From Eledone cirrhosa (taxonomy: Eukaryota), in the NCBI GenBank assembly GCA_964016885.1, contig OZ024762.1, forward strand, positions 7,812,001 through 7,876,000: a stretch of 64,000 bases of DNA, given 5' to 3'. Both the position numbers and the translations under genes were made by a program. The notes beneath the pieces were generated by a model that searched no databases, was not told the origin of the DNA, and saw only the letters and a program-made list of their open reading frames with translations. Below, one piece after another: positions 60,857 through 64,000 of this stretch. Within the stretch, counting starts at the first letter, position 1. Each line of letters begins with the position of its first letter.

Positions 60857-61316
60857 AAATGTTATGTGAGATATTATGTGAGGTAAAGCCTTTACTGTGA
60901 AAATACAATAGTATATATAGAGTTATGTAAATTATATGTGAAATACTGAGATATTATGTGAGGTAAAGCCTTTACTGTGAAAATACAATAGTATATATAG
61001 AGTAATGTAAATGTTATGTGAGATATTATGTGAGGTAAAGCCTTTACTGTGAAAATACAATAGTATATATAGAGTTATGTAAATTATATGTGAATTACTG
61101 AGATATTATGTGAGGTAAAGCCTTTACTGTGAATATACAATAGTATATATAGAGTAATGTAAATGTTATGTGAGATATTATGTGAGGTAAAGCCTTTACT
61201 GTGAAAATACAATAGTATATATAGAGTTATGTAAATTATATGTGAATTACTGAGATATTATGTGAGGTAAAGCCTTTACTGTGAATATACAATAGTAAAC
61301 ATAGAGTAATGTAAAT
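60857..61316. repeat. Minisatellite, 152-bp dimer (80+72 bp) x3
   Basis: AGGTAAAGCC at 60881, 60961, 61033, 61113, 61185, 61265. Confidence 0.9.
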
Positions 61317-61390
61317 GCTAACGGGTTAACTTAATTAATTTATAAAATAATTGTAAATTCATTTCATTTTATTTTTATTTTTCTAACCAG

Positions 61391-61673
61391 GCAAGATATT
61401 TAGACTCAGAAGATTTTTCAAACCGGGAATATGCTTTTAGAAACTTTGGAACCAGATTGACTCCATTTTGGCCGTATATATTCAACGACCCAACAGTCAA
61501 TTGGATCGGAGAAGATGATGTCAGTAATGCCAATGGTTCCGAGTTCGAGACCCGTCTCAAGAAAAGCTCACGGATAAGAAAGGTTTTATTAATTCTCCTG
61601 GCTAGTCTGCTGGTCATTGCTTTTATTGCGGGATTATTCACTGCTGTCATTCTTTTATCAACAACAAATTTAG
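61391..61673 (+). CDS. Internal exon encoding a cytoplasmic segment plus type II signal-anchor helix: ARYLDSEDFSNREYAFRNFGTRLTPFWPYIFNDPTVNWIGEDDVSNANGSEFETRLKKSSRIRK-VLLILLASLLVIAFIAGLFTAVILLS-TTNL(G)
   Basis: Long pyrimidine tract ...ttttctaaccag|GCA, donor TTAG|gtaaga; 283 nt open, phase 0 to 1; basic cluster precedes ~25 hydrophobic residues. Confidence 0.78.
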
Positions 61674-61713
61674 GTAAGAAAACCAAGCTAAACAAACACT
61701 AAAACTGTCCGCC

Positions 61714-61744
<31 letters not shown>

Positions 61745-61811
61745 CTCTCTCGTCTCTCTCTCTCTCTCTCTCTCTCGTCTCTTCAATCTATCTTGTTTCT
61801 CATTCTTTCTT

Positions 61812-61840
61812 CCGATGAAGGACTAACGTCCGAAACGTTT
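61812..61840 (+). other. Degenerate hammerhead-like motif (Penelope-type remnant)
   Basis: CCGATGA-A-GGAC-TAAC-GTCC-GAAACGT; no helix I pairing found. Confidence 0.45.
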
Positions 61841-61932
61841 ATACCCTCTTTCTGCTGTTTCAAGCGTTAACCTAATATATTACTTCCATATACTGTACCG
61901 ATTGTGTTATGTTGTTATTTCTGTTTACCTTT

Positions 61933-63286
<1,354 letters not shown>

Positions 63287-63486
63287 NNNNNNNNNNNNNN
63301 NNNNNNNNNNNNNNNNNNNNNNNNNNNNNNNNNNNNNNNNNNNNNNNNNNNNNNNNNNNNNNNNNNNNNNNNNNNNNNNNNNNNNNNNNNNNNNNNNNNN
63401 NNNNNNNNNNNNNNNNNNNNNNNNNNNNNNNNNNNNNNNNNNNNNNNNNNNNNNNNNNNNNNNNNNNNNNNNNNNNNNNNNNNNNN
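63287..63486. other. Assembly gap (200 N)
   Basis: Run of N. Confidence 1.
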
Positions 63487-64000
63487 TTCTGTGTATACAT
63501 CTGTCTAGAGATATAAGGGTATTAATACGTATTCTATAGAAAGAAGTGCAAGGTTTAACTTGGAGCTACATTTATATAGTGTCTACAGAACAAAGTATTA
63601 AGAGAAATCAACCTTTATTTTTTATTGTGGAAAGTGTAACTTCCCAGATCTAAATTTACAATATGAAGATTAGTAGAGAACAATGTATCTTTCTTTCAAG
63701 AAAGAGGTAATTGTGTATACATAATTCTACATACTCTACTCTATTGAACACAGCGTCTATATATAATGGAGGTACTTCTTCCAATATAGAGAAGAAGGTA
63801 TATTATAGACATGAAGTAAGTTTTGTGTGTGACATAATATATAGAATACAGTTCCTTTCTATTTACACACTACTGTAGATACTGTTAGCTCTCTTGCTTC
63901 TTAGAAAGCATGTATACGTTCTAGTGTGAGAAGCTTATACACAACTACAAGAACAATAATAGTTTCTTAAGAGGGGTATGTGTAGAATCTAGCGAGAAGG

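Noticed and set aside
61375-61695. 106-aa minus-strand ORF
   Set aside because: Antisense of the better-supported + strand transmembrane exon
63487-64000. Sequence after the gap
   Set aside because: No ORF, repeat or motif I can support

Overview
AT-rich animal genomic DNA, probably an octopod cephalopod (inferred from SINE sequences I recall and the very long (TA)n tracts). Positions 1-48.5 kb hold a spliced + strand gene, open at its 5' end, for a giant mucin. Huge Thr/Ser-rich (PTS) exons built from a 57-bp/19-aa repeat ([19 protein letters not shown]) alternate with a three-exon, 114-aa SEA domain that keeps an intact NG^SLVV autoproteolysis motif. The ORF track misses the SEA domain because introns split it. 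Three near-identical SEA cassettes separate four PTS exons (>2640, 9594 and 6381 nt, plus 20669 nt to the first stop). All splice phases match, giving at least ~13,400 aa inside the window. The fourth array carries two in-frame CAA>TAA stops and runs abruptly into (TA)n. The last 15 kb is (TA)n microsatellite studded with repeats: SINEs, a non-autonomous Helitron, a 5'-inverted RTE-type LINE fragment, and four asymmetric fold-back elements. Several minimal type I hammerhead ribozymes lie here (Penelope-like pLTR signature), including one with a compensatory U3-A8 core and one with a long helix II insert. There is also an isolated exon encoding a type II membrane anchor and a 200-N gap. All coordinates were counted by hand and no database search was run.
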